From Peptococcaceae bacterium (GTDB lineage: Bacteria; Bacillota; UBA994), in contig JAGXSS010000052.1 of the NCBI GenBank assembly GCA_018334055.1, positions 7,612 through 71,611 of the forward strand: a stretch of 64,000 bases of DNA, read 5' to 3'. Both the position numbers and the translations under genes were made by a program. The notes below the pieces were generated by a model. That model was not told the DNA's origin. It ran no database searches and saw only the letters and a list, made by a program, of their open reading frames with translations. Every line of letters begins with the position of its first letter. The stretch's first letter is position 1. Shown here one piece after another: positions 18,646-27,909 of this stretch.

Positions 18646-19108
18646 TTTCCACCGCCTCTGCCACCACTGCGGGGACCAACTCGTCAATAGGTCCCCCTAA
18701 GCGCGCCACCTCCTTGACTAGGGACGACGATAAATAAGAGAACCTATTGTTAGTCATCATGAACAAGGTCTCAATGGAACTATCGAGGGTGCGATTCATC
18801 AGCGCCATTTGAAATTCGTATTCAAAATCAGAAATAGCACGCAGGCCTTTAATCACGACCGAGGCTTTAAGTTGATGCATATAGTCTGTCAAAAGGCCTT
18901 CAAAATGATCAACAGTTACGTTTGGCAGGTGGGCGGTGACATGCTTTAGCAAACGCATACGTTCCCCGACAGAGAACATGGCGTCTTTGGAGGGGTTTTT
19001 TACTACAGCGACAACCACGGCATCGAAAGTGCGGGAGGCCCTTTCAATGATGTCGAGGTGCCCGTTAGTTACCGGGTCGAAACTCCCGGGGTACACTGTT
19101 TTTATCAA
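18620..19108 (-). CDS. coaD: phosphopantetheine adenylyltransferase
   Basis: [18 protein letters not shown] motif. The 3' end overlaps ylbJ convergently by 26 nt. Confidence 0.9.
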   Translation of the reverse strand: MIKTVYPGSFDPVTNGHLDIIERASRTFDAVVVAVVKNPSKDAMFSVGERMRLLKHVTAHLPNVTVDHFEGLLTDYMHQLKASVVIKGLRAISDFEYEFQMALMNRTLDSSIETLFMMTNNRFSYLSSSLVKEVARLGGPIDELVPAVVAEAVEIRLSRAKN

Positions 19109-19163
19109 GAACTATCCCTCCTAGTAAAAAGTACGAATCAGGAGGACGGGCGCTAACCTTCCC

Positions 19164-19739
19164 TCACTTCGCACCCCCTGGCTCTTTTGGCTGGTCTAGG
19201 ATGAAGAAGGACATTTGTGTTTGCCCATATTTTTTTGTCCTGGTTAGCCGTAGACTGCCCGGTGCTGCCAGCACCTGCTCCTTCGTAAAATGTTCGATGA
19301 CCAAGTGCCCACCTGGTGCAAGCAAGGAATATAGTTCAACTAAGATAAGAATCTCGCTTGGGTAGCCCTTCCCGTAAGGGGGGTCGGCAAAAATAATATC
19401 GAAGCTTTCTCCCGCCATACGAGGAAGTATTTTGCTAAATTCCCCTACTATCACGTCAAACGAGGCTCCTGTCGTCCCGAGCGCCTGTCGATTGGCCCTA
19501 ATAAGATGCGCAGCCTCCTGGGAACGCTCGATGGCCTTCACCAAAAGTGCGCCGCGCGAGAGAGCCTCTAAACCCATCGCCCCTGTCCCTGCGCATATGT
19601 CAAGAAACCTAGCCCCGTCAATATGAGGGGCGAGGCTAGAGAATACCGCACCACGGGCCTTATCTGAGGTGGGCCTGATTGGCAACTTGCCGTTCATTTG
19701 AATAGCGCGCCCACCGAAAATGCCCGAAATTATGCGCAT
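19164..19739 (-). CDS. rsmD: 16S rRNA (guanine966-N2)-methyltransferase RsmD
   Basis: MRIISGIFGGRAI N-terminus and the DPPY motif. Confidence 0.85.
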   Translation of the reverse strand: MRIISGIFGGRAIQMNGKLPIRPTSDKARGAVFSSLAPHIDGARFLDICAGTGAMGLEALSRGALLVKAIERSQEAAHLIRANRQALGTTGASFDVIVGEFSKILPRMAGESFDIIFADPPYGKGYPSEILILVELYSLLAPGGHLVIEHFTKEQVLAAPGSLRLTRTKKYGQTQMSFFILDQPKEPGGAK

Positions 19740-19833
19740 AGTCTCATCTTGCTCCAATCGCCCTGTGAAATAATTCTTGCCCCTTTGAGTATACGAGAAC
19801 TCGACAGGCAACACAATATTTATGAACAAGGAG

Positions 19834-19868
19834 CTAATAAAAGAAAGCGGACCTTCGTCCGCTTTCTT
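19834..19868 (-). terminator. rho-independent terminator downstream of the SASP gene
   Basis: Perfect 11-bp stem AAGAAAGCGGA-N6-TCCGCTTTCTT followed on the minus strand by TTATT. Confidence 0.65.
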
Positions 19869-19888
19869 AAAATATGGCGAGATGTCTA

Positions 19889-20116
19889 CTAGCGATTAGT
19901 GCCACGGCCAGCGAGAGAACGCTCAGCCATTTCAATCATTTTGCGAACCATATGGCCGCCGATGGCACCGGTGTCACGTGTGGTCATGGTTCCCCAATAC
20001 CCATCGTTTGGGGGCTGAATGCCGAGTTCAGAAGCAACTTCGTACTTGAATTGCTCCATAGCATTTTTAGCCTGGGGTACAACAATTTGGTTGCTGGAAT
20101 CGCTACCTTTTGCCAT
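19889..20116 (-). CDS. alpha/beta-type small acid-soluble spore protein
   Basis: 75 aa with the SASP hallmarks (SNQIVVPQAKNAMEQFKYEVASELG...GAIGGHMVRKMIEMAE). AAAGGAGGTGA RBS. Confidence 0.85.
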   Translation of the reverse strand: MAKGSDSSNQIVVPQAKNAMEQFKYEVASELGIQPPNDGYWGTMTTRDTGAIGGHMVRKMIEMAERSLAGRGTNR

Positions 20117-20174
20117 CTTGATTCACCTCCTTTGGTTATATTGTGCAGGAAACGTTACATCATCCTGCTGATTG

Positions 20175-20203
20175 TAGTATGCGACAACCGCGTGGGTCTA
20201 TGC
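20175..20203 (-). promoter_or_regulatory. sigma-G-type forespore promoter upstream of the SASP gene
   Basis: On the minus strand GCATA-N17-CATACTA, matching the sigma-G consensus (GHATR-N17/18-CATNNTA), about 60 nt upstream of the ATG. Confidence 0.5.
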
Positions 20204-20245
20204 CTAGTATTGTTTTCCTGCTATCAGTCTAGGTAATTTTTCCTT

Positions 20246-21883
20246 CTATTCCACCGCTAAGAGATAGTAATAAAATGGCTGACCACCTTGAAAGAAGTCT
20301 AATTGACAATTAGGGTACTGCTCCTTGATGGTCTCGGCGAGGGCGCGAGCACTTGTCTCTTCAACATCAGCTCCATAAAATAGCGAAATAACCCCATCAT
20401 CCTCTGTGACCGTTTTCGCGAGTATCTCGAGCGCTACTTGGGTTGGGTCTTGACCAACGGCAGCTATACCTACGTCGTTTAAGCCAATGATATCGCCTTC
20501 TTTGATCGGTCCGATATCCCCATTATAAGATTTGACCGCATAGGTCACTTGGCAAGTCTTGACTGCTTGCATGCGCCGCGCCATGGACAGAGCAACTCGC
20601 TCTAGGTCTTCCGAAGAGTCCTCATAGCTCAGCATGGCCGCGAGTCCTTGGGGGATGGTACGACTTCCGACCACCCTGATTTCCTTGTTGGTAAGCTCTC
20701 TCACCTGCTCCGCCGCCATGATGATGTTCTTGTTGTTTGGCAACAAGATAACCTTATCGCAAACGAGACTATTGGCCGCGGCAGCTAAATCTTCCGTGCT
20801 AGGGTTCATGGTCTGCCCACCCTCTACGATGACGTCCACACCCAAGCTTCTCATCACCGCGGCGATTCCGACCCCAGCAGCCACTGCCACCACGCCAATC
20901 TCCTTGCCTTCGCCGGGGAGAACTACGGGCGTTGCTTCTACTACCCATTGCGTCTCGGCATGCTGTTCCTTCATGTTTTCTATCTTAATACCACTGAGTT
21001 CCCCATGTAGCAGGGCAATTTCCATCGCCCGACCCGGGTTGTTGGTGTGGAGGTGTACCTTAATGACCGAACTGTCACCGACGACCAGCAAAGAATCACC
21101 CAGTGTTTCAAAGTGTGGGCGCAATGCATCCTCGTCAATATCAGGTTTCATGATGAGGAATTCGGTGCAATAGAGAAAATCGATGACGTCTGAAACAACC
21201 GGTTGAGCCACAAATCCAGGTTTTGGAGCTGCCGGCAGCAGGTTCGTTGCATCGAGCTCCACTGTCTGTCCGAGCAGTGCTAAGAGAAACCCTCGGTAGA
21301 TGAACACCAATCCCTGCCCGCCGGCATCTACTACACCAGCCCTCTTTAATACCGGCAGCAAGTCTGGGGTTTTAGCCAAGGTTTTCTCGGCTTGTTCAAT
21401 AATTGAGCGCATTAACTTGGCTAGGTCCGCCTCTTGGCGGGCCTTAAGCTGCGCAACCTTCGCTGCCTCCTTGGCGACAGTGAGGATGGTGCCTTCAACC
21501 GGCCGCCCTACCGCTTTGTAGGCCGTGTCTACGCCGGCAGCTAAGGCCATGGCAAAGTCCTGGCCACTAATGACATCCTTGCGTTCTAATGACTTGGCAA
21601 AACCTCGGAATAGCTGGGACAAGATTACGCCGGAGTTGCCCCTCGCCCCCATGAGAGAGCCCGAAGCCACGGCTTGAGCGACTTGGCCGCAAGTAGTTAG
21701 GCCGGGTTTGTCAATTGCCTTGAGCACCGCCTGCAAGGTAAGATTCATATTTGTGCCGGTATCACCGTCGGGAACTGGAAATACATTAAGCGCATCCACT
21801 TGTTCTCTGTTTCTTTCTAAGTTCCTCGTACCAGAAATAAACATTTGCCTGAGGAGCGCGGCATCTATATGCTTAGCTGTCAA
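20246..21883 (-). CDS. yloV: DAK2-domain fusion protein YloV
   Basis: N-terminal Dak2 phosphatase-like domain (DGDTGTNM) fused to a DegV-like C-terminal region. Paired with the Asp23 gene as in B. subtilis. Confidence 0.85.
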   Translation of the reverse strand: MTAKHIDAALLRQMFISGTRNLERNREQVDALNVFPVPDGDTGTNMNLTLQAVLKAIDKPGLTTCGQVAQAVASGSLMGARGNSGVILSQLFRGFAKSLERKDVISGQDFAMALAAGVDTAYKAVGRPVEGTILTVAKEAAKVAQLKARQEADLAKLMRSIIEQAEKTLAKTPDLLPVLKRAGVVDAGGQGLVFIYRGFLLALLGQTVELDATNLLPAAPKPGFVAQPVVSDVIDFLYCTEFLIMKPDIDEDALRPHFETLGDSLLVVGDSSVIKVHLHTNNPGRAMEIALLHGELSGIKIENMKEQHAETQWVVEATPVVLPGEGKEIGVVAVAAGVGIAAVMRSLGVDVIVEGGQTMNPSTEDLAAAANSLVCDKVILLPNNKNIIMAAEQVRELTNKEIRVVGSRTIPQGLAAMLSYEDSSEDLERVALSMARRMQAVKTCQVTYAVKSYNGDIGPIKEGDIIGLNDVGIAAVGQDPTQVALEILAKTVTEDDGVISLFYGADVEETSARALAETIKEQYPNCQLDFFQGGQPFYYYLLAVE

Positions 21884-21896
21884 CTACTTTCCTCCT

Positions 21897-22262
21897 CTAC
21901 TTGCTGTCGTTAACGCGCACACCCTGGACATTCACGTTAACGTGCTCGACAGGCATACCAACCGTTGTTTCGACAACATACTTAACTTTTTCCATGATAT
22001 TCTGCGCTACTTCCGAAATTTTGGTGCCGTAACCCACGATGACAAATAAATCTATGATGACCGACCCGCCCTTGATGTGCACTTCTACTCCTCGCGATAA
22101 ATTTTCCTTTTTAAGCAACTCAATAAACCCATCACGAATACGGCTACGCGAACACATTCCGACTAGGCCATAACACTCAAGGGCTGCTACACCCGCGACT
22201 ATAGAGACCGCTTCTTCGGAAATGATGACTTTGCCGTACTCGGTTAGAATTGTCTGGCTCAC
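21897..22262 (-). CDS. yloU: Asp23/Gls24 family envelope stress protein
   Basis: 121 aa, Asp23 family. Immediately upstream of yloV. Confidence 0.85.
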   Translation of the reverse strand: MSQTILTEYGKVIISEEAVSIVAGVAALECYGLVGMCSRSRIRDGFIELLKKENLSRGVEVHIKGGSVIIDLFVIVGYGTKISEVAQNIMEKVKYVVETTVGMPVEHVNVNVQGVRVNDSK

Positions 22263-22358
22263 GAGTCTTCCTCCTTTTGTCCACGTACAACTATTTATTA
22301 TTCGACTGACTTTCGTTTATTCCTGCCGGTTAAGTCCTGTTTAACTATGGTTACGACC

Positions 22359-22388
22359 TTGCCAGTCGCTCTAATCCTGTGGTAGAAT
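22359..22388 (+). promoter_or_regulatory. sigma-A-type promoter for rpmB
   Basis: TTGCCA-N18-TAGAAT with TGG immediately upstream of the -10 (extended -10-like). About 28 nt upstream of the rpmB ATG. Confidence 0.5.
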
Positions 22389-22416
22389 TACTTGCGTGAA
22401 AAGGAGGTGCGGTCAA

Positions 22417-22617
22417 ATGCATAGATGCGAGGTTTGTAACAAAAACAAGTCCTCTGGCAATAAATTGAGCTACAAGGGTTCTCAGCTCACAAAGCGCAGC
22501 AAACGCACACGATTCCCCAATGTGCAACGAGTCAGAGTAGTAGTGAACGGAACCCCAATGCGCCAAAACGTGTGTACAACATGTCTTAAGTCAAATCGTG
22601 TCACTCGCGCCATATAG
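22417..22617 (+). CDS. rpmB: 50S ribosomal protein L28
   Basis: MHRCEVCNKNKSSGNKLSYKGSQ...NVCTTCLKSNRV, the L28 Zn-ribbon signature. AAAGGAGGTG RBS 7 nt upstream of the ATG at 22417. Confidence 0.9.
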   Translation: MHRCEVCNKNKSSGNKLSYKGSQLTKRSKRTRFPNVQRVRVVVNGTPMRQNVCTTCLKSNRVTRAI

Positions 22618-22659
22618 AAAAAAAGCTGACTCACCAACATGAGTTAGCTTTTTTTATTG
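22615..22659. terminator. bidirectional rho-independent terminator between the convergent rpmB and rpe
   Basis: Stem AGCTGACTCA-N6-TGAGTTAGCT flanked by an A run (22615-22623) and a T run (22650-22659). Confidence 0.6.
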
Positions 22660-22671
22660 GGCGGCCTAGCA

Positions 22672-23337
22672 TTATTCGAGCCCTCTAGGGCGGTCCTGTT
22701 GCAAGGCTCGTGCAAAAACCGCACGGTCAGGGCTCTGGAAAAAGGAAGCGCCCGCCACTAAGTGTGTAGCTCCCTCCCTTACTGCCGCGCGACCCGACTC
22801 TAGCGTGATGCCGCCGTCAACCTGGATGCTGAGCGGTCGATTTCTGGAAACGGCCATCTCACTTATGGCAGCAATTTTTGGCAACATCGTACTGATAAAC
22901 TGCTGCCCGCCAAAACCGGGGTTGACCGTCATAACTAACACCATATCCAAGTCTGGCATGACATATTTTAGCACCTCGGGAGAAGTGGCTGGGTTTATGG
23001 ACACACCAGCCTGACACCCCAATTCCTTGATGCGATAAATTAGGCGATGCAGGTGATTTGTAGCCTCATAATGCACGGTGATAAACTCTGGCTTCATGAG
23101 CGCCAGGTCGACTATATAACGCTCCGGCTCTGTCACCATAAGATGACAGTCGAACTTAAGCTGTCCATAGCGTTTGACCGCGTGGACCATGTTCAGCCCA
23201 TAAGAAAGATTGGGCACAAAGTGTCCGTCCATAATATCTAGATGCACAGAGTCTAGCCCAGCTTGCACCACAGATTCAAATTCCTCGTGTAGAAACAATA
23301 GGTCGGCTGCCAGGACCGAAGGGGAGACTACTATCAC
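22672..23337 (-). CDS. rpe: ribulose-phosphate 3-epimerase
   Basis: SVLAADLL...VHLDIMDGHFVPNLSYG TIM-barrel motifs. Confidence 0.9.
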   Translation of the reverse strand: MIVVSPSVLAADLLFLHEEFESVVQAGLDSVHLDIMDGHFVPNLSYGLNMVHAVKRYGQLKFDCHLMVTEPERYIVDLALMKPEFITVHYEATNHLHRLIYRIKELGCQAGVSINPATSPEVLKYVMPDLDMVLVMTVNPGFGGQQFISTMLPKIAAISEMAVSRNRPLSIQVDGGITLESGRAAVREGATHLVAGASFFQSPDRAVFARALQQDRPRGLE

Positions 23338-24212
23338 TTGTACTGACTCCTCTCGCGCTCAATCAACTCATTGATTAATATAGTATAGCTTTGATAACGC
23401 TCCTGAGAAATATGCCCGCGCCCAACCTCTTGTTTCACCCGGCAGTCCGGCTCCCCGAGATGGCGGCAGCTATGGCCAAACTTACAGTGGTCTCTTTGCC
23501 CTCGCATCTCAAGAAAACATTCGGCCAATGTTAAAATGGGCAATCCCTCGGGCAGTTCAAGCTTGCTAAAGCCGGGCGTATCGACAATGTAAGCGTCCAG
23601 TTCGGGAACGAAAATTAACTCAACATGACGCGTGGTATGCCTACCATACCCCTTGCGTAGGTTAACCTCCCCTACGCCAACCTCCCTTCCCGGACAGAGA
23701 TGCTTAATAACGCTTGATTTCCCGACACCAGACTGCCCTGCGAGGACAGAGGTGTGGCCACGCAGGGATGCCCATAGGGAGGCAATGTTTACGTCGGCGG
23801 ACAGCGAAACCTCTACCACAGGGTAACCGGCTGGCCGATAAACCGAGGAAACAGCTACCCCAGAACCTAAATCGCACTTATTGACGACCACAACCGCAGA
23901 AAGCCCCAGTAACTCTGTCGCCACTAAGATTCTATCTATCAGCGCAAAGTTGGGGTGAGGGGCTAGAGCCGAACAAACTATGAGTACTTGCGTAATGTTG
24001 GCGACAGTGGGCCTCTCCAAAAGGTTTTTACGGGGCAAGATCTTGGTGAGGACACCCTCGCCGTCATCTAGGACCTCTACTTCCACAAAGTCACCCACAC
24101 AAGGACTTTCATTGTGTAGCCGCATCTTGCCTCTGGCTCGGCATCTGATTTCTCTATCCTCCAACTGAACAAAGTAATACCCTGCCAGCAACCTGATTAT
24201 GCGTCCCTGCAA
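23334..24212 (-). CDS. rsgA: ribosome small-subunit-dependent GTPase A (YloQ/CpgA)
   Basis: OB-fold, permuted GTPase (GQSGVGKSS) and a C-terminal Zn finger (CKFGHSC..H..C). 4-nt overlap with rpe. Confidence 0.9.
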   Translation of the reverse strand: MQGRIIRLLAGYYFVQLEDREIRCRARGKMRLHNESPCVGDFVEVEVLDDGEGVLTKILPRKNLLERPTVANITQVLIVCSALAPHPNFALIDRILVATELLGLSAVVVVNKCDLGSGVAVSSVYRPAGYPVVEVSLSADVNIASLWASLRGHTSVLAGQSGVGKSSVIKHLCPGREVGVGEVNLRKGYGRHTTRHVELIFVPELDAYIVDTPGFSKLELPEGLPILTLAECFLEMRGQRDHCKFGHSCRHLGEPDCRVKQEVGRGHISQERYQSYTILINELIERERSQYK

Positions 24213-24227
24213 GCGTCAAATGCCCCC

Positions 24228-26099
24228 TTAATCGATAACTTCTTCCCGGTCTATCCTGCCGTTAATGCGCACCAAAAGACGCATTGGGGCGAAGCCTGTA
24301 ACCGGTATATGCAAATCACCATCAGCTCGGCTATGGGTGTCTTGATAGACCACTCGCCGTCCTTCGCGGTCATCGACAATTATTTCGACACGGGTGTTGT
24401 CGTTTAATCGATCTGCGGGTATGACCACAGTAACCCGCGCCTGCTTCCCACGACTGACTACAATAGCAACCTCTCCACCCATAGCTATCGCGGCCCCTGG
24501 CAGTGGTAGTTGCGATATGACCTTTCCAAATGGCACCGTGGCATGGAACTCTTGATTTATCGGCATCTTTACCGTCAGACCCGCCTCGCGCAGGGCGACA
24601 ATGACCTCACTTTCAGTCAATCCAACAAGTAAAGGGGTCTGCACCTCGGTGATAGCTCTCCCTAGACTAACCACAATATCGATAGGAACGCCCCGCTCAG
24701 TGAGAAAGCCCGGACGAGGATTTTGCGCAATGATCTGCTCGACAGGGGCAGTTTCATGATTTTCGGTAGTTTGCTGGCCAATGGTGAACCCTCGCGCCGC
24801 GAGGGCCAGTTGAGCCTCCAAAAGAGAGAGTCCAACTAGTTGCGGCACTTCCAAGAGCTCAGGACCCCGACTCGGGATAAGTTCAACCAAACGCCCGGCT
24901 CTGACAGTGCGCCCGGCTGGAGGCTGCTGCCGAATTACGACATTCGGCGGTACTTCTGCATTAAATTCAGCCTCACGAATAGTGGGATTAAGTCCATCGC
25001 GACGAAGCAATCGCTCCGCTTCAGCTAAGGACTGACCAACAACATTCGGCACTACGACCTCAGGACGAGGCCAAAAGACATACAGTAAGGCACCACCAAC
25101 AAGGAGCATGGCCAAGAACATAGTAAGTGACACCATAGCTAGCCAGGGCAATTTCTTTCTTTGTTTCGGGCTCATGTTATCCACCTTCAAACTCGGAATA
25201 TAAGTGTCCTCAAGCTCTCTTGGGACATCAACGTGCTCCTTACCCCGTCGCCCCCCCTTGCTTGGCTCTATCGGCAGTCCGCCTATCCCTGATAGATGAC
25301 CTAGATCGAGGATCACCTCGGTAATCGACTGATAGCGCTTGCTCTGCTCTTTGAGCATTGCTTTGGTCACGATATGCTCGAGGTGAGGGGCAATACTTGG
25401 GGTTAATTCCCGGAGCGGCCGCGGATTCTCCTGCAAGTGCTTAAGTCCAATGGAAACAACATTATCTCCCGTAAAAGGCACGACCCCGGTAAGCATCTCA
25501 TACATCACAACCCCTAAAGAGTAGATGTCGGAGCGCTCATTTGTGTAGCCGCCCCGCGCCTGTTCCGGGGACATGTAGTGCACCGAGCCCATGAGAGAAC
25601 CGCTTTGGGTCAAAGTCGAAGTTGTCGTCGCCCGCGCGAGACCAAAATCTGTTACCTTGGCTTGTCCATCGCGCGTAATTAGGATGTTGTGTGGTTTTAT
25701 ATCGCGGTGAATCACACCATGCTGATGGGCGTGGCGGAGGGCTTCGGCAATCTGCATGGCAATATCAACTACTAATTCCGGCGAGATTGGTCCATGTTGA
25801 GCAATGAATTCTTTAAGTGTTTTTCCTTCTACATACTCCATGACGATATAGTATATATCATCGTCTTGACCAACATCATAGATGCCGACTATGTATGGAT
25901 TGGAAAGACTGGCGGCAGCTTGGGCTTCGCGACGAAATTTAGCAATAAACTCACCGTCAGCAGTCAGTTGGGTATTAAGGACCTTAATGGCCACTGTACG
26001 ATTAAGCAGCGAATCTCTTCCTTTGTAGACAAAGGCAGTTCCTCCGCCACCTAGCCTTTCCCCCAAGACGTACCGACCACCAAGTACTCTCACGTTCAC
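24228..26099 (-). CDS. prkC: Ser/Thr protein kinase with PASTA repeats (PrkC)
   Basis: Hanks kinase motifs (HRDIKPHNIL, DFGLA), a TM segment and three PASTA domains. Confidence 0.9.
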   Translation of the reverse strand: MNVRVLGGRYVLGERLGGGGTAFVYKGRDSLLNRTVAIKVLNTQLTADGEFIAKFRREAQAAASLSNPYIVGIYDVGQDDDIYYIVMEYVEGKTLKEFIAQHGPISPELVVDIAMQIAEALRHAHQHGVIHRDIKPHNILITRDGQAKVTDFGLARATTTSTLTQSGSLMGSVHYMSPEQARGGYTNERSDIYSLGVVMYEMLTGVVPFTGDNVVSIGLKHLQENPRPLRELTPSIAPHLEHIVTKAMLKEQSKRYQSITEVILDLGHLSGIGGLPIEPSKGGRRGKEHVDVPRELEDTYIPSLKVDNMSPKQRKKLPWLAMVSLTMFLAMLLVGGALLYVFWPRPEVVVPNVVGQSLAEAERLLRRDGLNPTIREAEFNAEVPPNVVIRQQPPAGRTVRAGRLVELIPSRGPELLEVPQLVGLSLLEAQLALAARGFTIGQQTTENHETAPVEQIIAQNPRPGFLTERGVPIDIVVSLGRAITEVQTPLLVGLTESEVIVALREAGLTVKMPINQEFHATVPFGKVISQLPLPGAAIAMGGEVAIVVSRGKQARVTVVIPADRLNDNTRVEIIVDDREGRRVVYQDTHSRADGDLHIPVTGFAPMRLLVRINGRIDREEVID

Positions 26100-26858
26100 T
26101 TACTGCACCCCCTGGCGAGCAACTAGGAGAGCGGTAACATTATCAGGGGCCCCTCGGTCCAGAGCGATTTCCATTAAGTGCGGCAAGACTTTTTCGGCCG
26201 GATGAACCTGCTCTAGGATGGTCGCGATTTCATGCTCCGACAGGAGTTTGGTCAGACCATCGGTGCAAAACAAGAACAAATCAATGTTGTCGTAGTCTAC
26301 CTTCTGGCAGTCCACCTCTAAGTCTGCCTGCACGCCAAGGGCGCGTGTTAACACATTCCTTTGCGGATGTCTTGCGGCATCGCCCGGGGTCAACTCCCCT
26401 TTGCGCAGGAGCTCCTCAACATAAGAATGGTCGTCAGTTAAACGCTTCAGTCTGCCCTTGCCGAAAGCATAAGCTCTACTATCCCCCACATGACAAACAT
26501 ACACCACCGTGGGAAAAAAAAGGGCGGCAGTTAACGTAGTACCCATCCCGGAACAATTAACGTCAGCCAAAGATTCCTTAAGCACTTTCCCGTTGGCACG
26601 GGAAACGGCAACGGGCAATACCTCCTCTGGCTCTAACACGCTAATAATTTCGGCGACCCCTCGGGACAGCTCCTCCACAGCAAGGCGAGAGGCAATGTCT
26701 CCAGCCAAGTGTCCGCCCATCCCATCTGCCACAGCACAAAGAAATACCTCGCCCCCAAAAAGGATAATTTTCTCGCCAATGAGGGCATCTTGGTTCTTTT
26801 GGCGGACCTTTCCCTTGTTGGTCTCACTGAAAACTTGCCACAACTTAATACACCCCAC
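26100..26858 (-). CDS. prpC: PP2C-family Ser/Thr phosphatase (PrpC/Stp)
   Basis: PP2C motifs (AVADGMGGH, GDSR). Adjacent to prkC. Confidence 0.9.
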   Translation of the reverse strand: MGCIKLWQVFSETNKGKVRQKNQDALIGEKIILFGGEVFLCAVADGMGGHLAGDIASRLAVEELSRGVAEIISVLEPEEVLPVAVSRANGKVLKESLADVNCSGMGTTLTAALFFPTVVYVCHVGDSRAYAFGKGRLKRLTDDHSYVEELLRKGELTPGDAARHPQRNVLTRALGVQADLEVDCQKVDYDNIDLFLFCTDGLTKLLSEHEIATILEQVHPAEKVLPHLMEIALDRGAPDNVTALLVARQGVQ

Positions 26859-26861
26859 TCG

Positions 26862-27893
26862 CTATTGCAGAATGTTTCCTCCCAATTGGCCACAAGCGGC
26901 ACCGATTTCGCTACCGAGTTCACGACGGATAGTTGCAGTAATGCCCGCCGCCGTCAGAATCTGCTGAAATTTCCTGGTGCGTGCCGGCGAGGGCCTCTCT
27001 AAGGCAGACCCAAGAAAAGGGTTTAATGGAATCAAATTGACATGAAACTTGCTGCCCTTGATTTTGCTGACTAACTCGTCGGCATCCCTTTCCCGATCAT
27101 TAACGCCTTTAATCAGCGTGTACTCTATGGTCACCCGCCGACCGGTACTTTCGGCATAGTAATGCATAGTGGCCAAAATTTTGTTCAAGGCGTAGGTCTT
27201 CCCTGTAGGCATAAGCGTGGAGCGCAATTCATCGTTGGGGGCATGTAAGCTAACGCTCAGGTTGATTGGCAGGTCCTCATGGGCGAGGCGCTCCATTTGG
27301 GGCACTAACCCACAGGTGGAGACCGTAATGCGGCGCGGGCTTATGCCGAACAGTGGACTACAGGTGAGCCTGATAAACCCAATTGTTTCATCAAAATTAT
27401 CAAGAGGTTCGCCCATACCCATCATCACTATGTGAGATATCTTTCCACCTTTAGCGCGCAGCAAATTGTTAGCCAGAAGTAACTGGGACACCATTTCATG
27501 GCGCGTTAAGTTGCGCCTAAAACCAGTGGTGCCAGTCGCGCAAAAGGAACAGGCCATCTTGCATCCTACTTGGGAAGAAACACACAGTGAAATGCCATGA
27601 TGGTACTGCATGACTACCGCCTCGATGGCCTGGCCGTCACCGAGGAGAATGGCTAACTTTGTCGTAGTCGCATCATGATGCTCAGCTACCACGCGTGAAA
27701 AAGTTACCGGAACGCCGGAAGACTCGAGGTCCTCCCGCAAGGATTTAGGCAGGTTAGCCATGTCGGCATAATTGACCACACCATGAGTAAAGACCCATTC
27801 CTCGATTTGTTTGAGTCTGAACTTAGGCTGACCGAGGGTTTCCAGCCACGATATACGCATTTCTTGAGTCATGGAAACAAAATCTATTGACAA
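26862..27893 (-). CDS. rlmN: 23S rRNA/tRNA (adenine-C2)-methyltransferase RlmN, radical SAM
   Basis: CKMACSFCATG radical-SAM cluster motif and a C-terminal Cys. Confidence 0.9.
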   Translation of the reverse strand: MSIDFVSMTQEMRISWLETLGQPKFRLKQIEEWVFTHGVVNYADMANLPKSLREDLESSGVPVTFSRVVAEHHDATTTKLAILLGDGQAIEAVVMQYHHGISLCVSSQVGCKMACSFCATGTTGFRRNLTRHEMVSQLLLANNLLRAKGGKISHIVMMGMGEPLDNFDETIGFIRLTCSPLFGISPRRITVSTCGLVPQMERLAHEDLPINLSVSLHAPNDELRSTLMPTGKTYALNKILATMHYYAESTGRRVTIEYTLIKGVNDRERDADELVSKIKGSKFHVNLIPLNPFLGSALERPSPARTRKFQQILTAAGITATIRRELGSEIGAACGQLGGNILQ

Positions 27894-27909
27894 GTACCCT
27901 CATCTCCGT

